A stretch of 64,000 nt of DNA, from the NCBI GenBank assembly GCA_951406725.2, contig OX597815.1, positions 58,528,001 through 58,592,000 of the forward strand. The letters run 5' to 3'. Made by a program: the position numbers and the translations under genes. Under the pieces are notes generated by a model that had not been told where the DNA came from, searched no databases, and saw only the letters and a list, made by a program, of their open reading frames with translations. This DNA comes from Octopus vulgaris (Eukaryota). Shown in pieces: positions 12,100-23,985 of this stretch. How positions within the stretch are numbered: the stretch's first letter is position 1; each line of letters opens with the position of its first letter.

Positions 12100-13300
12100 T
12101 GAAGGAGCTATGTTTCTGAGTTAGAGACCAGCTCTTTCAGTATTGGGGAAAAATTAAAAAGAAAGCTAATGTCATATATTATCAAAAGGGGGCATCCTGT
12201 AGGGAGACAGTATGTCAGTACTATTTAAACTCATCGTTCCTGCTCGTAAAAGTTTTTATAGAAATGATGGGTACACTAAATACAAAACATCTCTCACTTT
12301 TCCTTCAGAAACAATCTTAAGTCAAAAAGAAATTGAATCTCATCAGTCAATATTCCATAGTCACAGGAATTAAATTTGATGAGTCAAAATGCATAACATT
12401 GATGGTAAGACAATGAAAATGTGTGCCTGGCCAAAAAGACAAATATGAACAGCCTGAAGGTGCAACCAACATAGTAAGTATGATGGATCCATTACCAAGG
12501 AAAAGACAAGAAATGAATACCTCAGGAGAGCAAAGAAAATATGGTTATGAGAACTCTCAGCCTATGATAAGCATATTGCATACAGCACTTTTGCAGTACC
12601 TAGCCCGATACCTACATTTGGTCTTCTGGATTGGTCACTATAAGAACTTAAGGCAGATGCAAAAACTCAGAAACAGTTTGGTGTTACTGGAAATTTCAAC
12701 ATCAGTAGGAATGTAGAAACTATATTTTACATACAAGGAGGGTAGCTGTGACTTTAAATTTACTTCAACATCATGAAGTAAAGATTGTATGCAATACAAT
12801 AGCATCATCTGCAACAGTCAAAAAAGAACACCAGCTATTTCACTCAAGTTTTGTAAACTTGAGTGAAATAGCTGCAGAAAATATTAGGATATTTATCTTA
12901 ATTTGTTGTATAACACAGTACAACATGAAACTGCATTGGTAAGCCAGTCTGAAACACACACTATCACAAGAATCAGGCTTTGTTTACTTTGAAGGAAGTT
13001 AGAATTCTCTAATGTTAAGAGAAAGCTCAATCCTTTCTTCTACCACTGACTTGTCCCGAAACAGACTCATCACAGGACTGAGTTTCTGACTTAGAAAATT
13101 TTCAAGAAGATGTTAAGAGTTTACTTAAGGAGAAACATGAAATAGACTGGCACTAATCTCTACACAGAATATAAGAAAATCCCACTTAACAAAAATGGAA
13201 AGTATTCCAGTTCCCTGAGTATTTGAAACAAAAACCACTAATAGAAAGAATAAGCCACACTAAAAGCCTGGCATGATGTACCAAAAAGTTTATAAGATTT
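12100..13300 (+). pseudogene. Heavily decayed non-LTR reverse transcriptase, possibly R4/Dong-like
   Basis: KRGIL*GDSMSVLF (~12185-12225, RT QGD motif), SIVTGIKFDESKC (~12355-12392); many stops and frameshifts. Confidence 0.4.
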
Positions 13301-13377
13301 CACCTTCAAGGTTGTCTCCAAACAATCCTGGATGACAAAAACAAATCCCTATAAGGTTCTTATCTAGTAATTCCAAG

Positions 13378-14665
13378 ATTAGAAATGCCATTTACCAATG
13401 CAGAGTTTATACTGGATCGGATGTCTACTCGTATATCGGAGCGTCATCATCAAAACTAGCCGTGAGAATATCGAACCACTTCACAACTTTTCGCGATTTT
13501 AGAAAACAACACGCTACCGGACTAAGTAAATTAATCTGGCGTTTGAAGAACGCGAATTCAGCATTTAGACTGGAATGGTCGATTTTATCGGTGGCTGTAC
13601 CGTTTGATAGGGGCAAAAGAATCTGTAATCTCTGAACTTTTTCACATTTTGTTCGCCCGAGGGCAGCTAGTTAACGGGATTTTGCAACACTCTTTCAGAT
13701 GTCCCCACTGGAGGCGACTGACATTTCTTGCATACAATTGAAGCCTAAGATAAAATTAACACCTTGATGTCCTAAGAAAAGAAAAAAATTGTTTGGAAGA
13801 AATTTGGGAAAAATTTTGAATTAAATTTGAAAGGGGAAATTACTCCCCTTTTAGCGTATGTTCTGCTACTTTTTTAGAAACAATATCAGGGATTATACTC
13901 CCCTTGTTTTTGACAAGTCATCTGCATATAAACTGGTCATAGACGAACACACAGACACAGAATTTTATCAGCCGCTTGACCAGCAATGCCTACAATACAA
14001 TATATTTTCTCTCTAGCTGCTCCCTAACATACTGCCACACATACATAGGCGCATACACACACACATACATGTAGGTAGTTCCACACACCCAAATAAGATA
14101 GCTGTCATTCTTAAAACAATTTGAACATCAACACTAGTTATACAGAATATATTCACACTCTTTGGGTTTTCTGTGATTCTTCCCCTACCTGATTTGACCG
14201 TGGTTTGACCTAGGTTTATTCCAACGGATTTTTTCGGCGGTCTTCACCCACTCTGACGTCAGCACATATTGAGAAACAGTTTTGTGCCATTTTTACCATG
14301 GGCTCCTAGGGAGCGTTTTGTTCGGAAAGCTTGCTGCGCATTTGTTTTGAGATTTTAAATTCCTGGATTTTCCTGAAGAGAAAGCTGCAGAATGGTCTCC
14401 TTATTCAATCCGAATTTGGGAATTTGCAGCCTTTGAAACATGTGTAGAAAATAATAAAAAGGAATTTTGTAGAATCTTCGTTCGGCTCCATTTCTTCCCT
14501 TCACTAAATATATAAAACTTCAATTATCCGCGCTAAAGCATGAGGGCGAAACCCCATGGTCGTAACCTCAACCGTGTCTTTTCTGGTGTGATTTTTGCTA
14601 CACAGGTATCGGTTAAATTTTGAATAATCCGTAACAAGATAATTCATTTATCCATTTCATTAAAT
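13378..14665 (+). mobile_element. Penelope-like element 3' part: GIY-YIG endonuclease remnant plus pseudo-LTR
   Basis: Frame absent from ORF track: RNAIYQCRVYTGSDVYSYIGASSSKLAVRISNHFTTF..TGLSKLIWRLK..EWSIL..KRICNL, then FRCPH; hammerhead downstream. Confidence 0.8.
14368..14451 (+). ncRNA. Type I hammerhead ribozyme with long stem II
   Basis: TTTTC-CTGAAGA-GAAAGCTGCAG..TTTGCAGCCTTT-GAAA-CATGTG-TA-GAAAA; predicted cut after GUA (14446). Confidence 0.75.
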
Positions 14666-14690
14666 ATATATATATATATATATATATATT

Positions 14691-16690
14691 TTCCTAGTTT
14701 CAGCTCAGAGCTGCAGCCATGCGGATGCACTGCTGTTTTGCTACACTGTTATTACTAAGAGCCACATCTAATATGTGGCACTTGATGAAGAATGGAGTTT
14801 GATATAGCTACCCTTGCTGTGAGGTAGGTTCATATGGGACTCTCGACAGGAAGACGTCCAGCTTTGATTTAAAAACAGCTACATCTACTTTGTGCAAGTT
14901 CCTCAGACTCTTTAGGAGAATATTAAAAAGCTGTGGGCCATTGAAACCCAGGCTGTTGCAGTAACTGGTCCTGAAGCGTGATGGCATTGCTGGGATCTTT
15001 GGCACGATGCAGTGTCGTCCCGTTCTGGCATTGGTGTAGCTTTCAATGCCAAAATTTGGCACAATTACTTCCAGGATCTTCCAGATATATATTACTGCAT
15101 ACATCTCCTATCTTCTCTCCAGGGATTAGAGTCTTAGCTGTTTCAACCTTTCCCAGTAGCTGAGCTGTTGCAAAGAGACGATCTTCTTTGTGAATCTTCT
15201 CTGGATTGCTTCAAGGTCCACTGTTAATTTCACACTGGTGGGTGACCATAGCTGTGAGCAGTAATCCAGGCGACTGAGGGCAAATTTCTGCCAGAGGACC
15301 ATCATGGTTTCCTTATCTCTGGTTCTGAATGTTCTTAGGATCCATCCAGCCAGTCGTCTGCACTTTGTCGCCATCCTGGTAATGTGCACTTGGAAAGAGG
15401 TATCCTCACTCATGTCGATACCCAGGTCCCTCACAGACTTAGGCTCTGGGATTGAAAATCCCTGTGGACTGGTATACCCTGTAAGTTTCATATTCAGTTT
15501 TGGATGCTGGTAGCGCAGAGCCTGGAATTTTTCAGCATTAAACTGCATATTGTTATCCTCAGCCCATCTGTAGATTGAGTCCAACTCCTGCTGCAGGTGT
15601 GCAACATCGCTGGGGTTCTGTATTTTCTGCGAGACTTTCGTAACGTCTGCATAGCTTGCCAGAGTGGCTATCCGGGCATATCAGAGAGGGCCACTATAAA
15701 AAGCAGTGGTCCCAAGACAGTGCCCTGTGGAACACCGCTCACTATTTGTGTGTTCATAGAGGTGGCTCCATTAGGCACTACTGCCTTGACTCCTATCTTT
15801 CACGAAGTCATGTAACCACACTCCAAGTTTTCCAGCTATGCCAAGGTTACACAGTTTGTGGCATATCATACCATGATCCACCTTGTCAAAAGCTTTTGCA
15901 AAATCAAGGTATATTACGTCCACATTTGATTTGTTGAGTAACTGCCTCAACACCCAGTCATAATATTGTAAGAGCTGGGTCAGGCAGCTCCTACCTGGTC
16001 GAAAACCATGCTGGGTATCACTCAGCAAGTTGTTTTCCTCAAGAAATGCAAATAGTTCCCCTCTGACTATCTGTTCCATGACTTTGTTGATGTGTGAAGT
16101 CAGAGAGGTAGGCCGATGGTTTTTGGCATCTGCTCTATTTCTCCCTTTATGTACTGGGCATATTATTCCCTCCTTCAGCTTGCCTGGCAGTTTGCCATTT
16201 GTAAGAAAACTCTGGAAGAGAATCTTGAGGGGTTTTGCCAGGGCATGCTTACATGTTTTGAGGAGGATTGGTGGGGAAACCATCAGGACCAGCAGCTGAG
16301 TTTGTGTCCACTTCCTCTATGGCTAGTAGTATATCTTCTTCACTAATGTCAATGTATTCCATTGTAATTACCTCGCTGATTATAGGTGAGGCAGCAAAGA
16401 AGTCCACTGGTTCGTTCAATTTTCTGTGTTCCAACGGGATGGTAAAGACACTTTTAAACTTGTCATTCAGTATCTCACTGATGTTAGTTGGACTGTCTGT
16501 GAGGGAGCCATCTTTTTGGAGGAGGGGTCCTATCTTGTAGTGTACTGAGACTGTTTCTTTCGCGAAATTAAAGAAGGCCTTTGGGTTTGATTTAATGTTT
16601 TTTATAACCCAGGCTTCTTTGTCTGCTTTCTCCCTCACATGTGATTGTTGCAGCTTTTTTTCGATCTCCATCAGTGTTGTATTTAGGCAG
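14691..16690 (-). mobile_element. CR1/L2-type LINE, 5'-truncated, frameshifted RT
   Basis: QHGFRPGRSCLTQLL, VIYLDFAKAFDKVDH, VPQGTVLGP, YAD; 3' tail abutting (TA)n. Confidence 0.92.
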
Positions 16691-16705
16691 GACGCTACTA
16701 GTCAG

Positions 16706-16890
16706 TAGCGGTATGTGGCAGAATGCTCGGGTGCAATAAACACTGACAATGCGCAGAGAACAACTTCTGACACATTCCAGGGAGAAAAACTAGAAGTAGT
16801 TGATATCTTCCGTTACCTAGGTGACCTAGTCAGTAGCCTCCCGTCAATAGCGGGGGAGGGTCCTCTGAAAGTGTAGCTGCTAGAATATGC
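16706..16890 (+). mobile_element. Short internal RTE fragment
   Basis: ttccagggagaaaaactagaagtagttgat..cgttacctaggtgac matches 26179-26230. Confidence 0.75.
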
Positions 16891-17323
16891 ACAGCATAAG
16901 GGAATCCCTTACCATCCTTAGGTGTTATGGACCACACACTCTGAATAAATTTACTGACGTGATTCCTTTTTGCATCCATAAATTTCATCTACCTTCTTAA
17001 AAGTGTATAGGAATAAAATAAGTTGTAGCAAGTTAATAATTTAGCTCTTACATGGAACTGAAACCGTCGAGTTTGAATTTAATTTAATACAGCCATTTAT
17101 ATAGTTAATATATTGATATAGGGTTTTTTTCCTTTTTTTTATATAGGTAGCACGGTAGGCTTTTTTAGGCTTGATATAGATTTTTTTTTTTTTTTAATTC
17201 TTTTAAAATTTTGAATATTTGGGTTGGTCTGAGCATGACTTCTTAAATAAGAAACCACGCAATATTGCATTAGATTTGGTTAAGGAGGTCTCGCACTGGT
17301 ACATGATGTGTGTTTCTTTACTT

Positions 17324-17405
17324 TTCCCCTGACGAAGGAGTAATTATCGTAATGCACCCTCGTGCATTAAATACAGTGATGAACCCCTGAAATGGCCATA
17401 GGGAA
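17324..17405 (+). ncRNA. Type I hammerhead ribozyme with extended stem II, in a PLE pseudo-LTR-like AT-rich repeat (~16900-18380)
   Basis: TTCCC-CTGACGA-AGG..(taatgcac/gtgcatta hairpin)..CCT-GAAA-TGGCCA-TA-GGGAA; palindromic stem III ATGGCCAT. Confidence 0.8.
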
Positions 17406-17577
17406 TGTAAATATGATTTCTTCTTTTTTGCTTGAACACTGGCTTTTAACAATAGGTTTCCTTTACCTTGAAAAGTAATTTTTAATCGAAAAAATTTTTA
17501 AATGATGAACTTTTATTTTATATATTATTTATTTATATGCTTCCTATATATATGTATTTTTATATTTTTTTATATAT

Positions 17578-17802
17578 ACTCTTTAACCCTTTTACTTGTT
17601 TTAGTCATGTGACTGTGGTCATGCTGAAGCACCGCCTTTAGTCAATCAAATCAACCCCAGGACTTATTCTTTGTAAGCCTAGTACTTATTTTAATGGTCT
17701 CTTTATTGCGGAACCGCTGAGTTACGGGGACGTAAACACACCAGGCATCGGTCATCAAGTGACACTGGGGGTACAAACACAGATACACAAACACGCACAT
17801 AC

Positions 17803-17851
<49 letters not shown>

Positions 17852-18003
17852 TACAACGGGCTTCTTTCAGTCTACCAAATCCACTCACAAGGCTTTGGTC
17901 GGCCTGAGGCTATAGTAGAAGACACTTGCCCAAGGTGCCGCGCAGTGGGACTGAACCCGGAACCATGTGGTTCGTAAGCAAGCTTCTTACCATACAGCCA
18001 CCC
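17578..18003 (-). mobile_element. tRNA-derived SINE
   Basis: Same family as 11041-11427. Confidence 0.85.
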
Positions 18004-18386
18004 TTATCTATATATTTATATATTTCTTTAAATTTTTATGCATTTATTATTCTAGATGTTGTAATGTTAAAAAAATATATATTTTTTTAGTCGCTAAATT
18101 ATTAATCATTAACTTTTAACCGCGATGGACTGTATTCACAAATTTTTCTTATATGCTTGTATTGATGAGTTGTGCATCATCTTCCGTGATTTTATGCATG
18201 TATATACTATATGAAAGAAAAAGCATTATGTGATTAAATGTTCGAGATATGAGATGTTACATGGATGACCTTGTTCTGCAACCATAGTTTAATATATTTG
18301 TCTCATTTAATTGAGCACTTCTATAGGAGTCCTATTAAACATTTTGTTCCTGATGTGAAACAATCACTTTAATATTAATATATATG

Positions 18387-18421
<35 letters not shown>

Positions 18422-18430
18422 GTATATATG

Positions 18431-18461
<31 letters not shown>

Positions 18462-18494
18462 ATGTATATATGTATATATATATATATTTTTATA

Positions 18495-19820
18495 TACTAC
18501 GTTTATTCATACATTGATAACTTGATTCGTCTTACCCATCGAAAATTTACGAAAATTTAACCTTTTAGGCTACTTTCAAGCCTTCGCCATAACTTGATTT
18601 ATCTTTCCTATCTCTCTCTCTACAAAATTTAACAAAATTTAACCTTAGGCTACCTCAAGCCGTAATCCCATCTTTTCCCTTCTTTCCGCCATTGGCGGTC
18701 TTTCCTCCTCTTCTTCTTCTTATGCTAAAACTTGAAAATCGCCATTACCATTACGATTCTGCAATTTAAATTCCCAATTCAACTTACTTCTTCTTCAATT
18801 TCAACTCCCGGTCGATGCCCGCAGCAAGTTCTTAAAAATTTATCTTACTATTTTTATTCGTTGTTACTACGTTTATTCATACATTGATAACTTGATTCGT
18901 CTTACCCATCGAAAATTTACGAAAATTTAACCTTTTAGGCTACTTTCAAGCCTTCGCCATAACTTGATTTATCTTTCCTATCTCTCTCTCTACAAAATTT
19001 AACAAAATTTAACCTTAGGCTACCTCAAGCCGTAATCCCATCTTTTCCCTTCTTTCCGCCATTGGCGGTGCGCCCGCCCCCCACCCCCCACCACCAATAC
19101 CGATGAACACTGTTCTCACCCCCACCACCAATACCGGTGAACACTGTTCTCACCGCCACCACCAATACCGGTGAACACTGTTCTCACCCCCACCACCAAT
19201 ACCAGTATACCCTGTTCTCACCATCTACACCGGATACGCCCTACTCATCTACACCGGGTACGCCCTACTCCCTCCTCCTCCCCCCACTATCCCTTCTCCT
19301 CATATGCTTTCACTGTGAAAAGACAAGCTGCTAGCGCCATAGCTCATCAACTGCCCACCGATCTTACGCTTCCTCCTGACACTGCCTCAATCCGACCATC
19401 CCCTTTTAGTACCCTCCCGCCTCGTAATATCCTACGTTTTTATTTCTTAGGAACCTACACCAACCCTTCCTGCCATCGTTCCTCCTTACCCTAACCCTAA
19501 CCCTTAAGTACCCCAGATCCCCAAAGTACCCCGATCCCCAAAGTACCCCGGACCTCGTTGCCCCCGTGCCGCTGACACGTTAAAATGCTCGAACCGATCG
19601 TGACGATGCCGGACCCTCCGGCCCCTGTGCAGGTGGCACGTAAAAAGCACCCAATCCACTCACGGAGTGGTTGGCGTTAGGAAGGGCATCCAGCCGTAGA
19701 AACTCTGCCAGATTCAGACTGGAGCCTGGAGCGGCCCCTGGCTTCCCAGACCCGGTCAAACCGTCCAACCCGTGCTAGCGCGGAAAGCGGACGTTAAACG
19801 ATGATGATGATGATGATGAT
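18495..19820 (+). mobile_element. ORF-less bipartite RTE derivative: 370-bp monomer x~1.55, RTE 5' UTR module, RTE 3' tail
   Basis: Direct repeat 18495/18865; gcggtgcgccc..ccaccaccaataccg module at ~19066; RTE 3' end ggcgttaggaagggcatccagc..cgttaaacgatgatg. Confidence 0.75.
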
Positions 19821-19949
19821 GTATATATCTATGAGCATATATATATATATCTATGTGTGTGTGTGTATATATATATATATATGTATATATCTATGTGCAT
19901 ATATATATATATATATATATGTATATATCTATGTGCATATATATATCTA

Positions 19950-20002
<53 letters not shown>

Positions 20003-20073
20003 ATGTGCATATATATATATGTGTGTGCGTGTGTGTATGTATATATTGATATATATATATATATATATATTTA

Positions 20074-20160
<87 letters not shown>

Positions 20161-20227
20161 ATGTATATATTGATATATATATATATATATCTATGTGCAT
20201 ATATATATGTGTGTGTGTATGTATATA

Positions 20228-20296
<69 letters not shown>

Positions 20297-20325
20297 ATAT
20301 ATTGATATATATATATATATATATA

Positions 20326-21206
20326 CTAGCAGTATCGCCCAGTGTTGCTCGGGTTTGTAAGGGAAATAACTATAAAGCATTTTTAGAGAGTTATAGCCAA
20401 AAAATAGCAAAAAAATGCATTAAAAATCGAAAAAAAATTATAGTAATTTTTTTTTAATTGTTGACTCATCGTAGACATTTTTAGAGAGTTACTTCCCTTA
20501 TATAATAGCAAAAAATGCATTAAAATGGAAAAAAATGATGGTAAATTATTTTTTAAATCGTAGACGCCCGCTAATACCCAGAAGGGCTCGATATGAATCA
20601 CGACTATAAGATACCCGGTTTTGGTTAAACTGCACTGCAAAATGTAGGAGTAGTTAGGAATCTAAATCGTAGGAGACAGACACACAACTTCACTTTTATA
20701 TATAAAGATTTGTGCAACAACTAAAACATTCGGTTGTGCAAATTGTTTGCACAGGAAACCTGCCCTGTGTGGCGGTTTTTGCCGTTTTTGTGGATCTGTT
20801 TCAGCTTTTTTAGCGATTTCTGTTTTGGTGACTTCAAGCCATGAAGTCGTTGTTCTAAAAGAACGCTGGTCTCCTTGACAACGCTTTACGATGTTGATTT
20901 CCTTACACTCCCTTCCCCACAGCTTCACGAGGGAGGGAAGAAGGGGGAGAAGCAACACAGGTGCAGGTGTGAGCATGGACGCCAACTCCGCCGCCATCGA
21001 CACACGAACAAATATGCGTTAAAATGGAAAAAAATTATGGTAAATTATTTTTTAAATCGTAGACTCATTGTAGATGCGCTCGATATGAATCACGACTATA
21101 AGATACCCGAATTTGGTTAAGCTGCACCGCAAAATGTGGGAGTAGTTAGGAATCTAAATCGTAGGAGACAGACACTCACACAACTTCACTTTTATATATA
21201 TATAGA
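20326..21206 (-). mobile_element. Non-autonomous Helitron with two nested 5' ends (20708, 21206)
   Basis: Minus strand 5'-TC(T)TATATATAAAAGTGAAGTTGTG; 3' hairpin cccgagcaacactggg followed by CTAG|T. Confidence 0.75.
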
Positions 21207-21208
21207 TA

Positions 21209-23549
21209 TCTATATATATAAAAGGCAGTCTGTCTGTGTGTCTGTCAGGTTGTACCCTCACCCTGACCACGGCTTTCAACCGATTCTGATGAAACTTGAC
21301 ACACACATACCCCAACGTCATATTGACACACACATACCCCAACGTCATAATTCAAAACTAACGCAGTGAAAATTTTGAAAGGTTCCCCCAGTTCTGAAAA
21401 AAATCGATAAATTCGACATGGGGTCCAGAATCTAAGTTTATCATATGCAACACATTTTCCATTGTAGTTTTCGCAACTTGCAATCGATTTTCACCAAACT
21501 CATGGTGAAGCTTAATGTTACCCTAAGGAACTTAATTCTGACGTTAGTTTTCCGTGCTATACCTTACATTCAGAAAAAATCGATAAAATCATGCCATTTT
21601 GGGAAATCGCGTTCAAATTCAAGATGACATATTTTCGACAATATCTTTAACAAATTGGCAGGAATTTTTTTGGAAATTCACAGCGAGCATCATGTCTGCT
21701 CCAAGGAGCTATATGGCACTTTTGATTCCAATAGGATACGTTATTTACATCATAGGTGGCACACATAGCAAACGGATTTTTCTGCGATATTTTTTGAAAG
21801 TTCACATAGATTTTCCCTACACCGATGTTGGACATCAAGTTTGCATTAAATGTCAAACTAACGACCGTTTGTCAATGCAGTTAACAAGTATTGGGAGAAA
21901 TTGACAAAACCATATCACTTTGAGACCGACCATGCGAACCCTACAAAACTGACTTTTGTTAAATAGTTGGTGGATTTCAGGCGATTTAGTCGATTTTTGT
22001 CGCTTTTATCATAAAGGTTACTAGAAATGGCATATGTTTTCCTTTTGCTTCAAATCTGAGCAATGTTGGGCTGTAGATGCATTTGCAGTTGTGTGAGCAT
22101 GTGTCCTTGACACGATGATTGCAGCTCTTCCCATTGGCTCCCCAAACGGTGAACAATGCTCCCAATTAAACACTCTTTGGCCAATCACATGCACTGACAC
22201 ACTCAATTGTGCGCATATAGTTTGTGACTCCCACTTCTCTCGGTTCACACCCGCTTGCTTCACACGTTGGCCTACTTCTGCTAATCGCTGCAGCAGCCGC
22301 AAGTTATTCGAATACTTTTTTTGTTTAAACTTTCTTTATAACTACCACCCCAAACGTTTTACCTTAAATTTTTGACATACCCTAAAGGTCCTCGGACACT
22401 GCTTGCAAACTCTTGGTTTATTATAAGCCACTTTTGTCATGTGCACCAAAAAACCTTTTCCATTCATTTGTTCACTTTTTGCTCTTTTGTTGTTGTCACT
22501 CACATTGCTGCCTGCTTTTTTTCCATTTTTGTATATTTTTATACATTTTGGGATACTTACCCCACGTGTTCCTTTTCATTACACCTTTGCCAAAAACATT
22601 GCTATCCACCAAAATGCCACCCAAAAAGAGAAGGACCCTCCTCAGCCCTCAGACAGCCAAGGCATCGGCTGCTAGGGCTAGAAGGGCACGCGAGACCCAC
22701 GAGGAAACCGCCCTGTGCCTCTTGCAAAAAGGTTCCTGTTCTGACGTTGCTCAGGCATCTGAAACTACTAGCGACCATTCTACCCGACTTGCAAGGGCCG
22801 CAGCGTACAGATCTTCCCTCGCGCGAGGTTGACGAAAGAGCAACAGTCCAGCCAAAACATGCGGGCTTCTTCCTGTGCTTCCATCCGCAGAGCACGCAAG
22901 AACCCCAAACAAAGGGCCATTTGGAATGCGGCTAACACCGCTAGCACCGCCAGGACACGGTCTGTCGAAACCCCTCAGCAGAGGAGAACTCGCCAAGCTG
23001 CTGACGTCGCAAACACAGCCATGGCCCAATCTGCCGAAACACCTCAACAAAAGAAAGCTCGCCAAGCTGCTGACGGCGCAAACACAGCCACGGCTCGATC
23101 TGTCGAAACTCCACACCAGGACTAGATCAGGATTAGTCTTTGCCTACTAGAGGCTCCCGAGCCCCCTTTCGCTAGACTTGAGTTAGGATTAGGCAGGGCT
23201 TAGCTGTGGTCTGAACCAAACTTGGGTTCAGGAGGGCGGTGTCAAAGGGGCCGGCATGTGCAACCTTATCACCTCTGCCTGTCAAACTCCCAACCCATGC
23301 ATTCCCGTAGCGACACTGATCCCGCAGAACTGGGTTGGGTGTGCTAAACAAAAAAAAAAAATGCACTTTCAATGTCATAGATTTTCTTCATGCATACGAG
23401 GGAACGGTGCCTTGAATGCCTTAATGCCTTTTAGGCTTCCTTTTACAAAATCACGGTTCAATGAGTAAAAGAAAGGGTTCAAAGGTAAAGGGCATGGCTT
23501 ATCAACAAAGTTTCTTACATACCCGGACAACGCCGGGCTATGCTGCTAG
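21209..23549 (+). mobile_element. Non-autonomous Helitron retaining RepHel N-terminal repeat region
   Basis: 5' TCTATATATATAAAAGG, 3' hairpin cccggacaacgccggg then CTAG|T; internal MPPKKRRTLLSPQTAKA..RARETHEET and ETPQQR repeats (~22613-23125). Confidence 0.75.
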
Positions 23550-23597
23550 TATTGATATATATATATATATATATATATTGATATATATATATATGTA

Positions 23598-23638
<41 letters not shown>

Positions 23639-23667
23639 ATATATATATTTTATTTTATTTTTATTTT

Positions 23668-23770
23668 ATCTAATTTCAGCTCATGAGCTGTGGCCATGCT
23701 GGGGCACCACCATTCGGTGTTGCTACATGATTTTACTTCACGAATGCTTTTTAGCGATTGCTATTTGGTG
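23668..23770 (-). mobile_element. CR1-type LINE 3' tip
   Basis: tttcagctcatgagctgtggccatgctggggcacc matches tails at ~14697 and ~54630. Confidence 0.7.
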
Positions 23771-23788
23771 CATATATATATATGTATG

Positions 23789-23838
<50 letters not shown>

Positions 23839-23985
23839 AATATATATATATATATATATGTATGTAAATATATATATATATATATATATATATTGAATAT
23901 ATATTGATTATATAAATATATATATATATTGATTATATAAATATATATATATATATTGAATATATATTGATTATATATATATATA

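Noticed and set aside
13620-13640. TGA at the conserved Cys of CNLC in the PLE endonuclease (selenocysteine?)
   Set aside because: The downstream frame is shifted (ELFHILF..), so the TGA is better explained as a deletion junction.
17043-17073. Partial hammerhead-like GAAACCGTC with flanking stem (similar partials at ~14530-14562, ~18345-18367, ~59148-59173)
   Set aside because: No recognisable CUGANGA-type core or stem II; cannot be supported.
19488-19505. Telomere-like (CCCTAA)n
   Set aside because: Only 2-3 units and also present in the RTE 5' UTR; not an interstitial telomere.
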